This document shows, piece by piece, positions 46,083 through 56,638 of a stretch of DNA of 64,000 nt (positions within the stretch are counted from its first letter, which is position 1; each line of letters begins with the position of its first letter). The DNA lies in the IMG/VR virus record IMGVR_UViG_3300014024_000003; one strand, given 5' to 3'. The position numbers and the translations under genes are program-made. The notes beneath the pieces are model-generated. The model was not told the origin of the DNA. It saw only the letters and a program-made list of their open reading frames with translations, and did not search any database. Source of the stretch: a virus.

Positions 46083-46742
46083 ATGATGGAGCAGAAAAAC
46101 CCGCAGCGTATCCGTAACTTCTTCCTACAGGTTGCAGATATACAAGAAAATACATATGTAGTTAGTTATGAAGAGCTGATAGAGTGTTTGGATGTACTTA
46201 AGGGGTGTATCCGTGATGGTGTGTACACAAAGTCCACTTCAAACAAGGAGATTGTAGAAGCTCTGCTGACCGGGGAGTCTTTACAGGTTATTGCGGAGAA
46301 GACTGAGAACACTACCAAAGCGGTACGTTCAACGCGAGAGTACCACAGTAAGCTGATTTTCGAGTACTTCGGTGCTGATATTTTTGACAAGATGCAAGAG
46401 TACGCCGCTCAAAATGATGTTGAGGGCTTTCGTGAGTATGTCCGCGCTCTTACTGATCGTGGGAAGAATCGTAAGCGTTTCTTGTCCTTAGTACCGCAGA
46501 GTGTAGTACCTTCAAGTTCCGGTAAGGTGAAGGAGTATAAGCTATCAGAATGCCGTGAAGAGTTTCGGGTATTGCAGATGTTTTCGCACGCTTCAGTGTG
46601 TGAACAGCTAAAGCATGTCGATCAAGATAAGCTGTTGTACTTGGTACGTTTCTTGCAGCAGGACGGGGTATCGAAGCAGCGTGAGGTTATGTTGCAGGCT
46701 CTTGCGGAGCCTTATGAGTTTGATAACGGTACAGGTAAATAA
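46083..46742 (+). CDS. HTH DNA-binding protein
   Basis: GESLQVIAEKTENTTKAVRS helix-turn-helix pattern; GAAAGG RBS. Confidence 0.6.
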   Translation: MMEQKNPQRIRNFFLQVADIQENTYVVSYEELIECLDVLKGCIRDGVYTKSTSNKEIVEALLTGESLQVIAEKTENTTKAVRSTREYHSKLIFEYFGADIFDKMQEYAAQNDVEGFREYVRALTDRGKNRKRFLSLVPQSVVPSSSGKVKEYKLSECREEFRVLQMFSHASVCEQLKHVDQDKLLYLVRFLQQDGVSKQREVMLQALAEPYEFDNGTGK

Positions 46743-48067
46743 TGCAACAGCAGGTTATACATATTCACGATATATTACCGTTTCTTGATTTGAGGAAGCG
46801 GTACAGTATGGTTATTTTAGCTTCGGTGGCTCAGGTTTTTGGCCGTCGTGGTTTTAAGGTATCCGTAAAGGGGTGTGAGACCGCTTCTACGAACTTTTCT
46901 GCAAGTATCAAGTTCCTCTTGTCGGTGGTGTATCATCAGGGATTTTTGGATATTGATCCTTCGGTGTTTCAGGAAGGTTCTTTGAAGTCTTCTAATAAGT
47001 TGGTTCCTACAGACCGTCATTTTTATGCACATCTTCGTGAATGGTTTGATAATCACCAGGTTCAGGATGGTTATAAGGTTACGTATACGTTTCGTGCCGA
47101 GCTTTTTCGTGCGCTCTACAGTTCTCAGAAGTCGCAGCATTTGTTGTTGGAGCTTTATTACACGTTAGCGTTTGCCGAGTTTGTGGGCAGGTATCGCGGG
47201 TTTTTTGATGAATCCTTTGAAGTTGTCGGTGAGCGTATAGTTCGGGATGATTTGTTTTTGGAGTTGTCGTATAGCGCTGCCGAAGCTAGTGTTACTTCTT
47301 CTTATTCTTATATTGTGAGTGTTCTTGAGTCTGATAGTGATTTAGCTGAGCATGTTCATGTTTATGTGAATAAGGATGTTGGTTCACTGGATTGGTATTT
47401 GTTTCAGAATAAGGCTTACGATATTCATCACCGCCAAAAGTGGAGTGTTGAAGATAAACGTCAGCAACTTTCTGTTGTTGATTATAAACCCGGTGACATT
47501 CTTGTGTTGTGGACTACGAAGAATAATCGTTGGGGTACTACTTTTATTGATGATTATTCTATTGTTGAGTATTTAGGTGTTACACCGCGTAATGAAATTC
47601 GTTTGAAGAAGTACCCTGTACCTAATACGAAGCATGAGAGTTTTGAGCAATTCTCTGTTATTGATGAACACCGTAAGTATCTTTTTAAGGATATTTATAC
47701 GAAAAAACCGCAACCTTTGTTTGAGTCTTTTCCACTTGTAAACGTTGCTGTTGATACTTTTTATTATGACGAAATTTATATATTGTCTCCATTAGATGCT
47801 TTTGAGGAGGGTATAACTAAGTCTTTTACGGATTCTGAGGGTGTTCCTGTTTCTCTTGAGATGTCAGCACGTGATGCTGTTTTTCTGTATTTCCACTCTT
47901 GGGATTTGGAGTTTGATTGGAGGCGTTTTTATTCACGTTATTACCGTGACGGCGCTATTCCGGTGTGGTTTGATTATTTCTATGAGGAAGATTTACCACC
48001 TGTTGAGGAGGTAAGGGTATCGCCGCAGGTGGTGCGTAAGCCGTATTATGTGGATGGGTTGAGATAG
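46742..48067 (+). CDS. hypothetical protein
   Basis: 441 aa, TAATG-coupled to the HTH gene. Confidence 0.75.
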   Translation: MQQQVIHIHDILPFLDLRKRYSMVILASVAQVFGRRGFKVSVKGCETASTNFSASIKFLLSVVYHQGFLDIDPSVFQEGSLKSSNKLVPTDRHFYAHLREWFDNHQVQDGYKVTYTFRAELFRALYSSQKSQHLLLELYYTLAFAEFVGRYRGFFDESFEVVGERIVRDDLFLELSYSAAEASVTSSYSYIVSVLESDSDLAEHVHVYVNKDVGSLDWYLFQNKAYDIHHRQKWSVEDKRQQLSVVDYKPGDILVLWTTKNNRWGTTFIDDYSIVEYLGVTPRNEIRLKKYPVPNTKHESFEQFSVIDEHRKYLFKDIYTKKPQPLFESFPLVNVAVDTFYYDEIYILSPLDAFEEGITKSFTDSEGVPVSLEMSARDAVFLYFHSWDLEFDWRRFYSRYYRDGAIPVWFDYFYEEDLPPVEEVRVSPQVVRKPYYVDGLR

Positions 48068-48138
48068 TTGTCCGTTTCTTATGGTTTATACTGGTTTAAA
48101 GTACATGTAATACATTTTGGATAGGTTATTAAGGGGTA

Positions 48139-48507
48139 GTGATGAAGAATCGTTACAATGTTCCGTCAAAAGCAGATCAGCGCACGTGGGGTACGTTGAG
48201 CGCAGTGTATGAGGTGCATCATAACCCTTATGGTGTGAAGCGTATTCCAAAGGAGTTTCTGTTCGCCGCTCATGGTTTGCGAGCGCAGACTCTCCCAAAG
48301 GATCAGGTGGAGTTTTACAAGATGCATAAGACTTCAGGGTTCCTACCTGGTATTGAAGGTTCCACGTTTGTTCTTGATGAGGGTATCTTTGGTGTGGTTT
48401 CTGGTCGTTGGCGTGTGTCTCGTGTGCGAGCTGGTAGTATGCGCTCGGATGTATCTTCTGAGGAGGTCTACACCTGGGATGTTGAGTTGGAGCGTTTGGG
48501 TTCGTGA
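48139..48507 (+). CDS. hypothetical protein
   Basis: 122-aa ORF coupled to the next gene. Confidence 0.6.
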   Translation: MMKNRYNVPSKADQRTWGTLSAVYEVHHNPYGVKRIPKEFLFAAHGLRAQTLPKDQVEFYKMHKTSGFLPGIEGSTFVLDEGIFGVVSGRWRVSRVRAGSMRSDVSSEEVYTWDVELERLGS

Positions 48508-48824
48508 TCCGTCCGTGTTCTTTAGCTAAACCGTCGTTGTCTTTCTGCGTTTCTAGTAGTAAGGGTGTTTACGCTGTGCGTGTGCGTTCAGTTGCGCATG
48601 GTGTGGATGATTTTATTACTGTTCCGTCCCGTTTCTTGGAACGAAATAATAGTTTAGTAGGGTTATTGGATTTTATTGTTCAAAGTTCTCAACAATTGGC
48701 AGGTATCGCTGGTTCCTATGTGGTTGAGGATATTTCTAATAGTTCTTACGCTCGTTTGTTGTCGGGTGATGGTCGGGTTGTTAAGTACTTTTATCGTTGT
48801 TCGTTGAAGAAGGTAGTTGGTTAG
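48504..48824 (+). CDS. hypothetical protein
   Basis: GTGA overlap with the upstream ORF. Confidence 0.55.
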   Translation: MIRPCSLAKPSLSFCVSSSKGVYAVRVRSVAHGVDDFITVPSRFLERNNSLVGLLDFIVQSSQQLAGIAGSYVVEDISNSSYARLLSGDGRVVKYFYRCSLKKVVG

Positions 48825-49164
48825 TATGCGTATTTTTACTGTTTCTAATAGTTGGTACAAGAGCCAAGGTACAGCTGATTTTAGTAAAAAACATCCTGTT
48901 CTTGGTACCAATGAGTACATTGTTGAGTTTACTAAGGATGAAATTATTTCAGATGTTCGTTCTTGCTATTCTTCTATATTGGAATTAATAATTAATTTTT
49001 CTTTTTATAATCCAGAATTGATTGGTTTAAAGTTCTTCAGTGAGTTTGACGGTAAAACTTGTGAGTATGAGATTATTAACAAAAGTAAAGATGTTCTTGT
49101 TAATTCTTTTGGTGAAGAGAAGATTTCTTACGAGATTGTTATTAAACTAATTAGTTGTTTATAG
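48817..49164 (+). CDS. hypothetical protein
   Basis: AT-rich 115-aa ORF. Confidence 0.55.
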   Translation: MVSMRIFTVSNSWYKSQGTADFSKKHPVLGTNEYIVEFTKDEIISDVRSCYSSILELIINFSFYNPELIGLKFFSEFDGKTCEYEIINKSKDVLVNSFGEEKISYEIVIKLISCL

Positions 49165-49210
49165 TTAGTGTACTTATTGTTTGACTTCTATACATGTGTT
49201 ATAATTTAAA

Positions 49211-49310
49211 GGTAATTGCAAATCAGTATTGCATTACACTCTCTAATTATCACTGAAGCCCCGAGACTCTAACTACTTGTGTTGTGGTTGGGGTTGAGGG
49301 GTTTTCTTTT
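49211..49310 (+). ncRNA. candidate short RNA or attenuating leader upstream of uvrD
   Basis: TGTTATAAT at 49197; two hairpins, the second G-U-rich and followed by TTTTCTTT. Confidence 0.3.
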
Positions 49311-51659
49311 GATTGTGAAGGATTGGTTTTTGTGGTTGTTTTCTCCCCTATGAACGCTATTTTAGACGGTGGAGTTACTAAAGGTAAGTCTTCAACAGGT
49401 GGTAGTGTTTTTTCTGATTCGTCTCAGGGTGAGAGTTCAGAACAAACTAATATAACTACTCAGAATAATACTGAAGTAACTGCATCTGCTAATATTTCTT
49501 CACTTTCTGATGATTTCCCTACTCCGTTGGCGCGTGCGTATGTTGAGAAGCTGCGGACGATGTATGACACTTCCGAGATGGAGCCGGTTCTTAAGGTTCC
49601 AGGTTTTCAAGCGATCTTAGCGTGCGCGGGGTCAGGTAAAACTACCACCTTGAAGCATAAGGTGAATTACGGTATTTTGACGAAGGAGCTGACGGAGCTG
49701 GTTCCTTTGGCTTCGGATGTGCGTCGCGTACTTTCCCCGGTGTTGATTTGTACGTTTTCCCGTGAGGCAGCCTCGGAGCTTCGTTCGGCGTTGGTGCAGT
49801 CGCAGCAGGATATGGGTATCGCTGGTTTGGACGGCGGCTTGACGGTGAAAACCCTTCACGCTGAGTTTTTGGATGTATTGAAGGATTTAGGTCTTCTCTC
49901 ACATAAGAATTTGGTGGAGAATGTGGGGGATAATAAGAGGTGGCTGCGTGAGTCTTTACGTGATTATGGTTTGTCGTTTAATGCTGAGATGTTGAATGAT
50001 TTGATGTCTGCTTTGAGTTTTACCCGTAACGTTTTAGATAAGAAGCGCCGTTATTCACACCCTTTCTATAATGATAATAATATTTCACCTGATGTTATTG
50101 ATTCTGTTCTTGATAGTTGGTTTGATAAGCGGTGGTCTTCCGGTTATTTAGATTTTGATGATATTCAGGATATTCTTTACAAATTTCTTTACGATGAAAA
50201 AACCCCTCAGGTTGAGCGAGATTTCGTGAAGAATACGATAGCAACTAGGTATCGCGCTATTTTTGTTGATGAGTTTCAGGATACGTCTGAGAAGCAGTTC
50301 GCTATTTTGAAGGCTTATTTTGAGTCTGTTCAGAAGGCGGTTGTGATTGGTGATGACGATCAGTTAATTTATTCGTGGCGCGGTTCTGATGATAATATTT
50401 TTCATAAATTTGTTGAGTTTACGGGCGCTGAGATTTCGTATTTGAGTACTAATTACCGTTGCCCGTCTGCCGTGGTTGATTCTATAGTTCCTTCTATTGA
50501 GTGTAATCCTTCACGGTTCAAGAAGAGTATCCGCGCCGCACGTGATGGAGGGCAGGTATCGCTTACGGAGTTCCCTACGTTTACAGCGATGCGTTCGGCT
50601 TTAGTGGATGCGGTGCAGGCGGATGTGGCCGCTGGTAAGTCGGTGGCGGTTTTGTGCCGTGTTAATTCTGATGGTCTTTTACCTGCGTTGGCGCTTTCTC
50701 ATGCGGGTGTGCAGTTTTCGGTTTCGTCGCCGGAGATGACGTTGAAGTCTTACATGTCGCAGAGTATGTTCTCGTTGGTATCGTTGGTGCGTGGTAAGCC
50801 GTCGGAGCAGTTGGTGAAGGCGTTATCGCAGCTGGTGTATGTTTCGCGTCAGCAGAAGCCTCAGGTGGATGCTGTGGTGGGGCAGTTGCAGTTGTGTAAG
50901 TTGTCTTTGTGGCAGCTGTTGGAGCAGGAGAAGGAGCAGGAGGAGTCTCAGCAGGTTTTAGATCAGCAGCAAGTTTCTGATGTCCCGCAGTTGCAGGGGG
51001 GTGTGTTGTCTGAGGATGTGTCTGATTTTAGGCATACTGCCCCGAGCTTATACAAGGCTGTGTTTTCGCTGTTTGAGGAGTATCGGGAGACTGTCGGTGA
51101 GGCGGTGACGTTGCAGGAGTTGGCGAGCGCGGAGGTTGAGTTTTTCCGCCGTATTCTTACTTCGGTGAGTGCTCGGTATTCTCGGGATACGGATTATCAG
51201 TTGAAGGCGCGGGCGGTGCTGGATGTGCTTTTGTCGTTGCTTGATGATTTTGAGTCGTTGGATGATTTTGTGCTGCATATGAGGTATTTGGAGTCGGATT
51301 TGTCTTCTCGTGTGGTGCGCGGTTCGTCGTCTGTCTCGTATGGTTCTCGTCGTGCTCAGTCGGTTTCGCGTGCGGCGGTGCAGGTGGCTACGGTGCATGA
51401 TTTTAAGGGTCGTGAGGTTGATTCGGTGTATATTTGGAATGATTCGGTGGGGGTTTTCCCGCATAAGAAGTCGTCGGATATGCAGGAGGAGCGTAGGTTG
51501 CATTATGTGGCGGTGACTCGTGCGCGCCAGTCGGTGCAGGTGTTGGCGTTGCAGGATCAGGCGGGGTGTTTTGTGCATGAGATGGTGTTCCCGTCTTCGG
51601 ATAACCCTTCACAAACTGGTTCAGATGATGTGGCGGTGGAAGTAGGTATCGCTGGTTAG
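49284..51659 (+). CDS. uvrD: UvrD/PcrA-family SF1A helicase (true start probably downstream, about 49350)
   Basis: ACAGSGKT, TLH, DFDD, DEFQD, GDDDQLIYSWRG, NYRC, TVHDFKGRE, EERRLHYVAVTRA. Confidence 0.93.
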   Translation: MVGVEGFSFDCEGLVFVVVFSPMNAILDGGVTKGKSSTGGSVFSDSSQGESSEQTNITTQNNTEVTASANISSLSDDFPTPLARAYVEKLRTMYDTSEMEPVLKVPGFQAILACAGSGKTTTLKHKVNYGILTKELTELVPLASDVRRVLSPVLICTFSREAASELRSALVQSQQDMGIAGLDGGLTVKTLHAEFLDVLKDLGLLSHKNLVENVGDNKRWLRESLRDYGLSFNAEMLNDLMSALSFTRNVLDKKRRYSHPFYNDNNISPDVIDSVLDSWFDKRWSSGYLDFDDIQDILYKFLYDEKTPQVERDFVKNTIATRYRAIFVDEFQDTSEKQFAILKAYFESVQKAVVIGDDDQLIYSWRGSDDNIFHKFVEFTGAEISYLSTNYRCPSAVVDSIVPSIECNPSRFKKSIRAARDGGQVSLTEFPTFTAMRSALVDAVQADVAAGKSVAVLCRVNSDGLLPALALSHAGVQFSVSSPEMTLKSYMSQSMFSLVSLVRGKPSEQLVKALSQLVYVSRQQKPQVDAVVGQLQLCKLSLWQLLEQEKEQEESQQVLDQQQVSDVPQLQGGVLSEDVSDFRHTAPSLYKAVFSLFEEYRETVGEAVTLQELASAEVEFFRRILTSVSARYSRDTDYQLKARAVLDVLLSLLDDFESLDDFVLHMRYLESDLSSRVVRGSSSVSYGSRRAQSVSRAAVQVATVHDFKGREVDSVYIWNDSVGVFPHKKSSDMQEERRLHYVAVTRARQSVQVLALQDQAGCFVHEMVFPSSDNPSQTGSDDVAVEVGIAG

Positions 51660-51727
51660 TTCCTTGTTTTTGTAGGGTTTTGGTATAGGTATACGTGGTA
51701 TAATGTAGGTGTTTTTGGGAGGTTTTT

Positions 51728-52150
51728 ATGTCTGATTTTTTCTCTACTCATTCTCAGGCTTCTGAAGGTTCTGCGCGTCGTCTTTCGCGGCAGGAGCTTT
51801 ATGAGAAGAGTTTGAATGAGCCGTTTAAGTATTCTGGTTTCGGGATTTTCTTTGCGGGTTTGGCTGCTCTTTTGTTGGTCTTTGGTATCGTTTCTGCACC
51901 GAAGAATTATGTGCTTTCGATGACTCTGCTTCTTTTGTTTGCGGTGTTGTGGTTCGCTAAGGTGTGGCGCGATCTTGGTAGTTACCGTGAGGATAATCCT
52001 GAGGTGTTTTTGAAGCCTTACGGGTTTATTTTCAAGCAGTGGTTCGCTAACGTTGTTTCTATTGTTTGCTTCTTGGCTTTCGTGTATTCAACTAGTTTTG
52101 TGGAGAGTGATGTCAATCCGTTCCGCTTCTGGAATTTCTTCTTTGGGTAA
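51728..52150 (+). CDS. three-TM membrane protein
   Basis: GGAGG RBS, TGGTATAAT at 51696, hydrophobic helices. Confidence 0.75.
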   Translation: MSDFFSTHSQASEGSARRLSRQELYEKSLNEPFKYSGFGIFFAGLAALLLVFGIVSAPKNYVLSMTLLLLFAVLWFAKVWRDLGSYREDNPEVFLKPYGFIFKQWFANVVSIVCFLAFVYSTSFVESDVNPFRFWNFFFG

Positions 52151-52169
52151 CCATTCACTTTTTGCTTTT

Positions 52170-52216
52170 ATAACCCTTTCGGGGCGCTCGCATAGCGTTT
52201 CGGGAGGGTTATTTTT
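52170..52216 (+). terminator. intrinsic terminator
   Basis: ATAACCCTTTCGGGGCGCT...AGCGTTTCGGGAGGGTTAT-TTTT. Confidence 0.7.
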
Positions 52217-52266
52217 CGTGTGATATACTTTTTCTTAGGATTTGAAATTTTGAAGGAGTTTATCTC

Positions 52267-53268
52267 ATGTCTTTCTGCACCTTCCTTGATGATGAGGCGA
52301 TTAAGGCTCTCGCGTCTACCCCTGTTCATAGTTATCAACCGTTTTTCGTTGATATTGCGCAGCAGCCGCAGCAAGGTACAGGAGGTATTCGCCTGTGGCC
52401 GGATAATGTGCAGGTCGGGTATGTAAAGTACAGTGAACTACCTGAAGACATGCAGGGGTACGTATCGCCGCAGCGTCTTGAGAGTTTCGCGGTGGTGGTT
52501 TCAGATCAGCGTGAGCGTTACCCTTCTTTGTGGGAGTCCTCTGAGGTGCTTCCGCAGCAGGGGAAGGTGTTTTTTAATTCGTTGAAGTCCGGTTCGGCGC
52601 GGGAGTATTTTAACGCTGATGTTTTGGTACGTCCTGATTCTTCGGTGAGTGTTTCTTTGGATGCTGAGGATGATTCGTCTCCGTGGATTTTGACGGATAC
52701 GATTTCTTTACCGAAGGATGTGCAGTCTTTCTTTTCGGTCATTCCGCTTTCTGATGATGTGATGTTGGTGCGTTTGCACGCGGGTATTATCCGTGTGATG
52801 GGTGAGTCTGAGGATTCGGTGAAGTTTTTGGCGCGCGGTGTTGTGGATGATTTTGTGCAGCAGGTGCAGGATTCCGCGTTGTTTATGACGGTGGGGTTTT
52901 CAGAGATTCCTGGGGTTCCTCAGAAGGTATCGTGCGCTGGTGTGCGTGAGCCTATGTTTTTGACGTTGGGTACGTCGTGGGAGCTTTCGCCGCGTGGTTC
53001 GGTGCAGTCGTCCTCCCGTGTGGTGATGGAGGCTTCATTGTTGGTGGATGGTGGTCGCGCGGTTGCTGAGCAGGATCAGCAGGAGCGTGATAATGCTGAG
53101 CGTGCTCAGCAGATTCGTGAGTTTATGGCTTCGCGTTCTGAGGGGCACGGCTCGCAAGTTTTGGTGAAGCAGTCTCAGTCAAAGTTTTCACCGAAGGCGC
53201 GTCGGGTGCGTACTGTGCGTCCGCAGTCTAGTTTTAAGGTTAATAATTTGATGCAGGCGTTGAGTTAG
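52267..53268 (+). CDS. hypothetical protein
   Basis: AAGGAG RBS, TGATATACT at 52221. Confidence 0.7.
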   Translation: MSFCTFLDDEAIKALASTPVHSYQPFFVDIAQQPQQGTGGIRLWPDNVQVGYVKYSELPEDMQGYVSPQRLESFAVVVSDQRERYPSLWESSEVLPQQGKVFFNSLKSGSAREYFNADVLVRPDSSVSVSLDAEDDSSPWILTDTISLPKDVQSFFSVIPLSDDVMLVRLHAGIIRVMGESEDSVKFLARGVVDDFVQQVQDSALFMTVGFSEIPGVPQKVSCAGVREPMFLTLGTSWELSPRGSVQSSSRVVMEASLLVDGGRAVAEQDQQERDNAERAQQIREFMASRSEGHGSQVLVKQSQSKFSPKARRVRTVRPQSSFKVNNLMQALS

Positions 53269-53281
53269 TGGGTGGTGCGTT

Positions 53282-55090
53282 GTGAAGTTGCAGCGTAAAG
53301 CCTCTCATGCGGTTTCGGATATTTCGGGGATGATTCCGCCGGGTGCGTCAGCTCAGGATGTGTTGTTGGGTTATACTCAGCGTTATTCGGATGAGGTTTT
53401 GAAGAGGTATCCGCTTTCTATGGCGGGTGCTGAGGGTTTGCGGGAGGGTTTGTTTCTTCCTAACCCTGGGTATCGTCCGGTGCAGCGTTTGCATGGTGTT
53501 GAGATTGCTTCGCGTATTTTGGATGAGGCGGTGCGTCGGTATCATGATAAGTCTTTTCCTGATGCTGAAGTTCTTGTGTATTTTGACCCTGATGTGGATG
53601 GTTTGATTGCTGGTCGGTTTTTTGTTGAGGTTTTGATGCGGCGCGGGGTTCGCCCGCGTTATGTAGCTAACTCGAACCGTGAGCATGGTTTCAAGTTGGA
53701 TGTTTCTTCCCTTGCCCCAGGTTCGACGGTGTTTTGTGGGGATTTTCTGGTGGAGGATGAGGTTGTTTCATCTTTGGTGCAGCGCGGTATTTCGGTGTTG
53801 TCGATAGATCATCATGAGTGCCAGGCAGATTTTATTCACCACACGTCCACTCTGGTATCGCCGGTAAGTCCTTCGGGTTCGTTTGTTGCTGAGGGTGTGG
53901 TGATTAATAATCAGTATCCGTGGGAGGATGTGGGTAATCGTTTTCAGTCTGGTGCTGGTGTGACGTTTGAGTGTTTGCGTGAGATTGATGTGAAGTTGGA
54001 TACGGCTGATAATCGTGCGCTGGTGGGTATTTCTCTTTTGACGGATATTCGTGATATTGAGCAGGTTGGTGCTCGTGCGTGGTTGTGGGAGTTGTATCAT
54101 CACTGTAAGCAGTCTAAGTTTTTACGGTATTTGTTGGATGCTACAGTGACGTTTTCTAACGGGTATGGTTTACCTGTTTTTGATAATAGTTGTGTGACGT
54201 TTAGTTTTTCACCTGCTGTTAATTCTTTGTTCCGTTTTAATCGAGAGATGGACGCTATTCGTTTTATTTTGGGCGGTGGTTATCCTTCTACCGGTTTGGT
54301 TCGTGATAATAAGTCTTTGACTTTTCAGAAGTTAGGTACTGAGTTTAGGGAGCAGGTTTTTTCTACCGCTGTTATTGAGGATTATGGTTCTTTGTATGTG
54401 GTTTCTATTTCGGAGACTGATTTTACAGAGGTTGAAGCGGCGTATGTTTCTAACTTTGTTGGGTTGATTTGTTCTCGTCTTTCAGGTGAGGGTAAGTCTG
54501 CTTTAGGGTATTGCACGAATGCTTTGGGTGAGGTTACGCGCGCTTCTTTTCGTGGAAATAACCCGACAGGTAGGTACCGTGAGGAGTTGGTGCGTCAGCT
54601 CGGTTTGGATGGTCGCGGGCATTCGGTGGCTTTTGGTGTGGTTGGTTTGCAACCGTCGGTTGATCTTTTTGAGTGTGTGAGTGTGGTGTGTCAGCAGGTG
54701 GATGCTGGGGCTTTGTATCGTGTACCGTATGTGACGGTGTACGATTTGGAGGATTTTATGTCGTCTGCCGGGTATAAGATCGCTGATTATAATCAGTATG
54801 TTTTGTCTCAGAACCGTGTTCGGGTGCGTTTTGTGGGTGAGTGTTATCAGGCGGTGGCGAAGGATAATTTTCAGCTTTATCGTCTCTCTAATACGTCTCG
54901 GCGTTCGTTGGCGGTGATTCGCGGGTTTTTGTCGGCGTATCAGCAGGGGCTTGATCCATCGAATGCGCTGTTGGAGGTATCGCTTGAGAATGGGCAGGTT
55001 GCTTTGACGGTTTCGTCTCGTTTTGAGGATGATTCTTCGCGTGAGCTTTCGGGTGAGGAGTTGTCTAAGATTTTGTCGGTGACGTGGTGA
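53282..55090 (+). CDS. recJ: RecJ-like DHH/DHHA1 ssDNA exonuclease
   Basis: DPDVDG, IDHH, SGAGV, ASFRG, GHSVAFG. Confidence 0.88.
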   Translation: MKLQRKASHAVSDISGMIPPGASAQDVLLGYTQRYSDEVLKRYPLSMAGAEGLREGLFLPNPGYRPVQRLHGVEIASRILDEAVRRYHDKSFPDAEVLVYFDPDVDGLIAGRFFVEVLMRRGVRPRYVANSNREHGFKLDVSSLAPGSTVFCGDFLVEDEVVSSLVQRGISVLSIDHHECQADFIHHTSTLVSPVSPSGSFVAEGVVINNQYPWEDVGNRFQSGAGVTFECLREIDVKLDTADNRALVGISLLTDIRDIEQVGARAWLWELYHHCKQSKFLRYLLDATVTFSNGYGLPVFDNSCVTFSFSPAVNSLFRFNREMDAIRFILGGGYPSTGLVRDNKSLTFQKLGTEFREQVFSTAVIEDYGSLYVVSISETDFTEVEAAYVSNFVGLICSRLSGEGKSALGYCTNALGEVTRASFRGNNPTGRYREELVRQLGLDGRGHSVAFGVVGLQPSVDLFECVSVVCQQVDAGALYRVPYVTVYDLEDFMSSAGYKIADYNQYVLSQNRVRVRFVGECYQAVAKDNFQLYRLSNTSRRSLAVIRGFLSAYQQGLDPSNALLEVSLENGQVALTVSSRFEDDSSRELSGEELSKILSVTW

Positions 55091-55172
55091 TTTTGTATAT
55101 TTTGTGCGTTTATTGATGTTTGCTTACCTTTTCTGGTGGGTTATTTTTGGTGTGATATAATTTTTATATCTT

Positions 55173-56528
55173 TTGAAAGGATTATGTTTAATGTCTGTCT
55201 CTATTCCTGTTTCTCAAACTCTTACTGGTGTAGCTACTCTTTGTTTTGATGTTGGAGCTTCACAAAATCGTATTCACGTATCGCTTCCGTCCACCTCTGC
55301 TGAGGGTGGTGCTTATGAGAAGGAAGTTATTTTCGGCAACACTTATCAGCGCGATAATGATCTTGTGATGGATGGGGATACTGCGGCTTCTTCTCAGCGG
55401 TTTAAGGTGCAGGGTACGTATCCGCTTACTGATTCTAAGGGTGTGACGAAGGATGTTGCACTAGATGAGTCTCTTCTTGCGGGTTCCATTGTGAAGACTT
55501 TTGCGCAACCTACGTATCGCCCTACGGCGCTTGAGCGTAAGTACAGTTCGCGTAACACGGTGTTTTCTTTGCATCTTGCTTTCGCTCACGCTTATCTGGC
55601 TCTTTCGGAGCTTTCCGGGGTTCCGGTGGAGAATATTCAAGTCTCGTGGCGTGTCTTTGTTTTGATTCCGCCGCAGCATTCTAAGGTGGGCGATGACGTT
55701 GAGGGTGGTAAGAAGGCTATGGCCGCTCTGGTGCATTCGGTGAAGAATATTCATTTTGAGTCCCCTCAGATCGTGAAGGATATTACGATTGCGCCGGGTA
55801 ATGTCGCGGTTCTTTCTGAGGGTTTTATGGCTCTCATTGCTTCTCAGTATTTCGAGAAGCAAGTTCCTCAGTCGGACGGTACGGTTAAAACTGTGATTGA
55901 AAGCTACCCAAAGGAGTCAGCTGATGGTGGGCATACGTCTACGGAGCTTCACCCTGGGGATGTTACGCTCATTGTTGATATTGGGCAGGGCACAACTGAT
56001 TTCTTCGGTATCGCTGATGTGAGTACCCCTATTGATAACCTGATTGGTACCGCTGACGTTGGGGGTAATAACGTTGGTGCTGTTCTTGCGCAGATGTTGG
56101 TAAGCAGTAAGTACGGTATTGATTTGAAGACGGTTGAGAAGCAAAATGAGGCTGTTCAGACTTCTCGTATCCGTGTGGGTGGTTCTCTGAAGGGTATTAC
56201 CGGTTTTGTGGATCGCGCTCGTCAGCAGGTGGTGGAGACGTTGCGTGAGAAGCTGATTCGTCTGTTTGAGTCTTCGGGTTTCTCGCTCTCGGATGTGACT
56301 CATGTTTTCTTTACGGGTGGGGGTTCTTTGCGAGGTACCGCTGTTCGTGATGGTCGCGAGGTTGTGACGGATTCTTTAGGTACGTTGCTGTTTGAGATGT
56401 TGCAGCAGTACGGGTTGAGTGATGCGCAACGTATCGAGAATGTTTCTAATGATCCGCAGGATGTGCGTTTAGCTAATTTGCGCGGGCTTCGGTTGATGTC
56501 TTTGCACCCGAGTGTGAAGGGTTATTAG
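55173..56528 (+). CDS. ParM/StbA-like actin ATPase (start probably ATG 55191)
   Basis: FDVGAS (phosphate 1), LSEG (connect 1), VDIGQGTTD (phosphate 2), FTGGG (adenosine), ANLRG (connect 2). Confidence 0.85.
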   Translation: MKGLCLMSVSIPVSQTLTGVATLCFDVGASQNRIHVSLPSTSAEGGAYEKEVIFGNTYQRDNDLVMDGDTAASSQRFKVQGTYPLTDSKGVTKDVALDESLLAGSIVKTFAQPTYRPTALERKYSSRNTVFSLHLAFAHAYLALSELSGVPVENIQVSWRVFVLIPPQHSKVGDDVEGGKKAMAALVHSVKNIHFESPQIVKDITIAPGNVAVLSEGFMALIASQYFEKQVPQSDGTVKTVIESYPKESADGGHTSTELHPGDVTLIVDIGQGTTDFFGIADVSTPIDNLIGTADVGGNNVGAVLAQMLVSSKYGIDLKTVEKQNEAVQTSRIRVGGSLKGITGFVDRARQQVVETLREKLIRLFESSGFSLSDVTHVFFTGGGSLRGTAVRDGREVVTDSLGTLLFEMLQQYGLSDAQRIENVSNDPQDVRLANLRGLRLMSLHPSVKGY

Positions 56529-56638
56529 TAGGTTTCCGTGGGGTTTTAGGATGGTGTATTTTCTACCCGGTACAGTGTTCTGAGACTTCACGGATTTTAT
56601 ATTGTTTGATGTTTTGATTTATTTGTGGAGTCTTTGAT

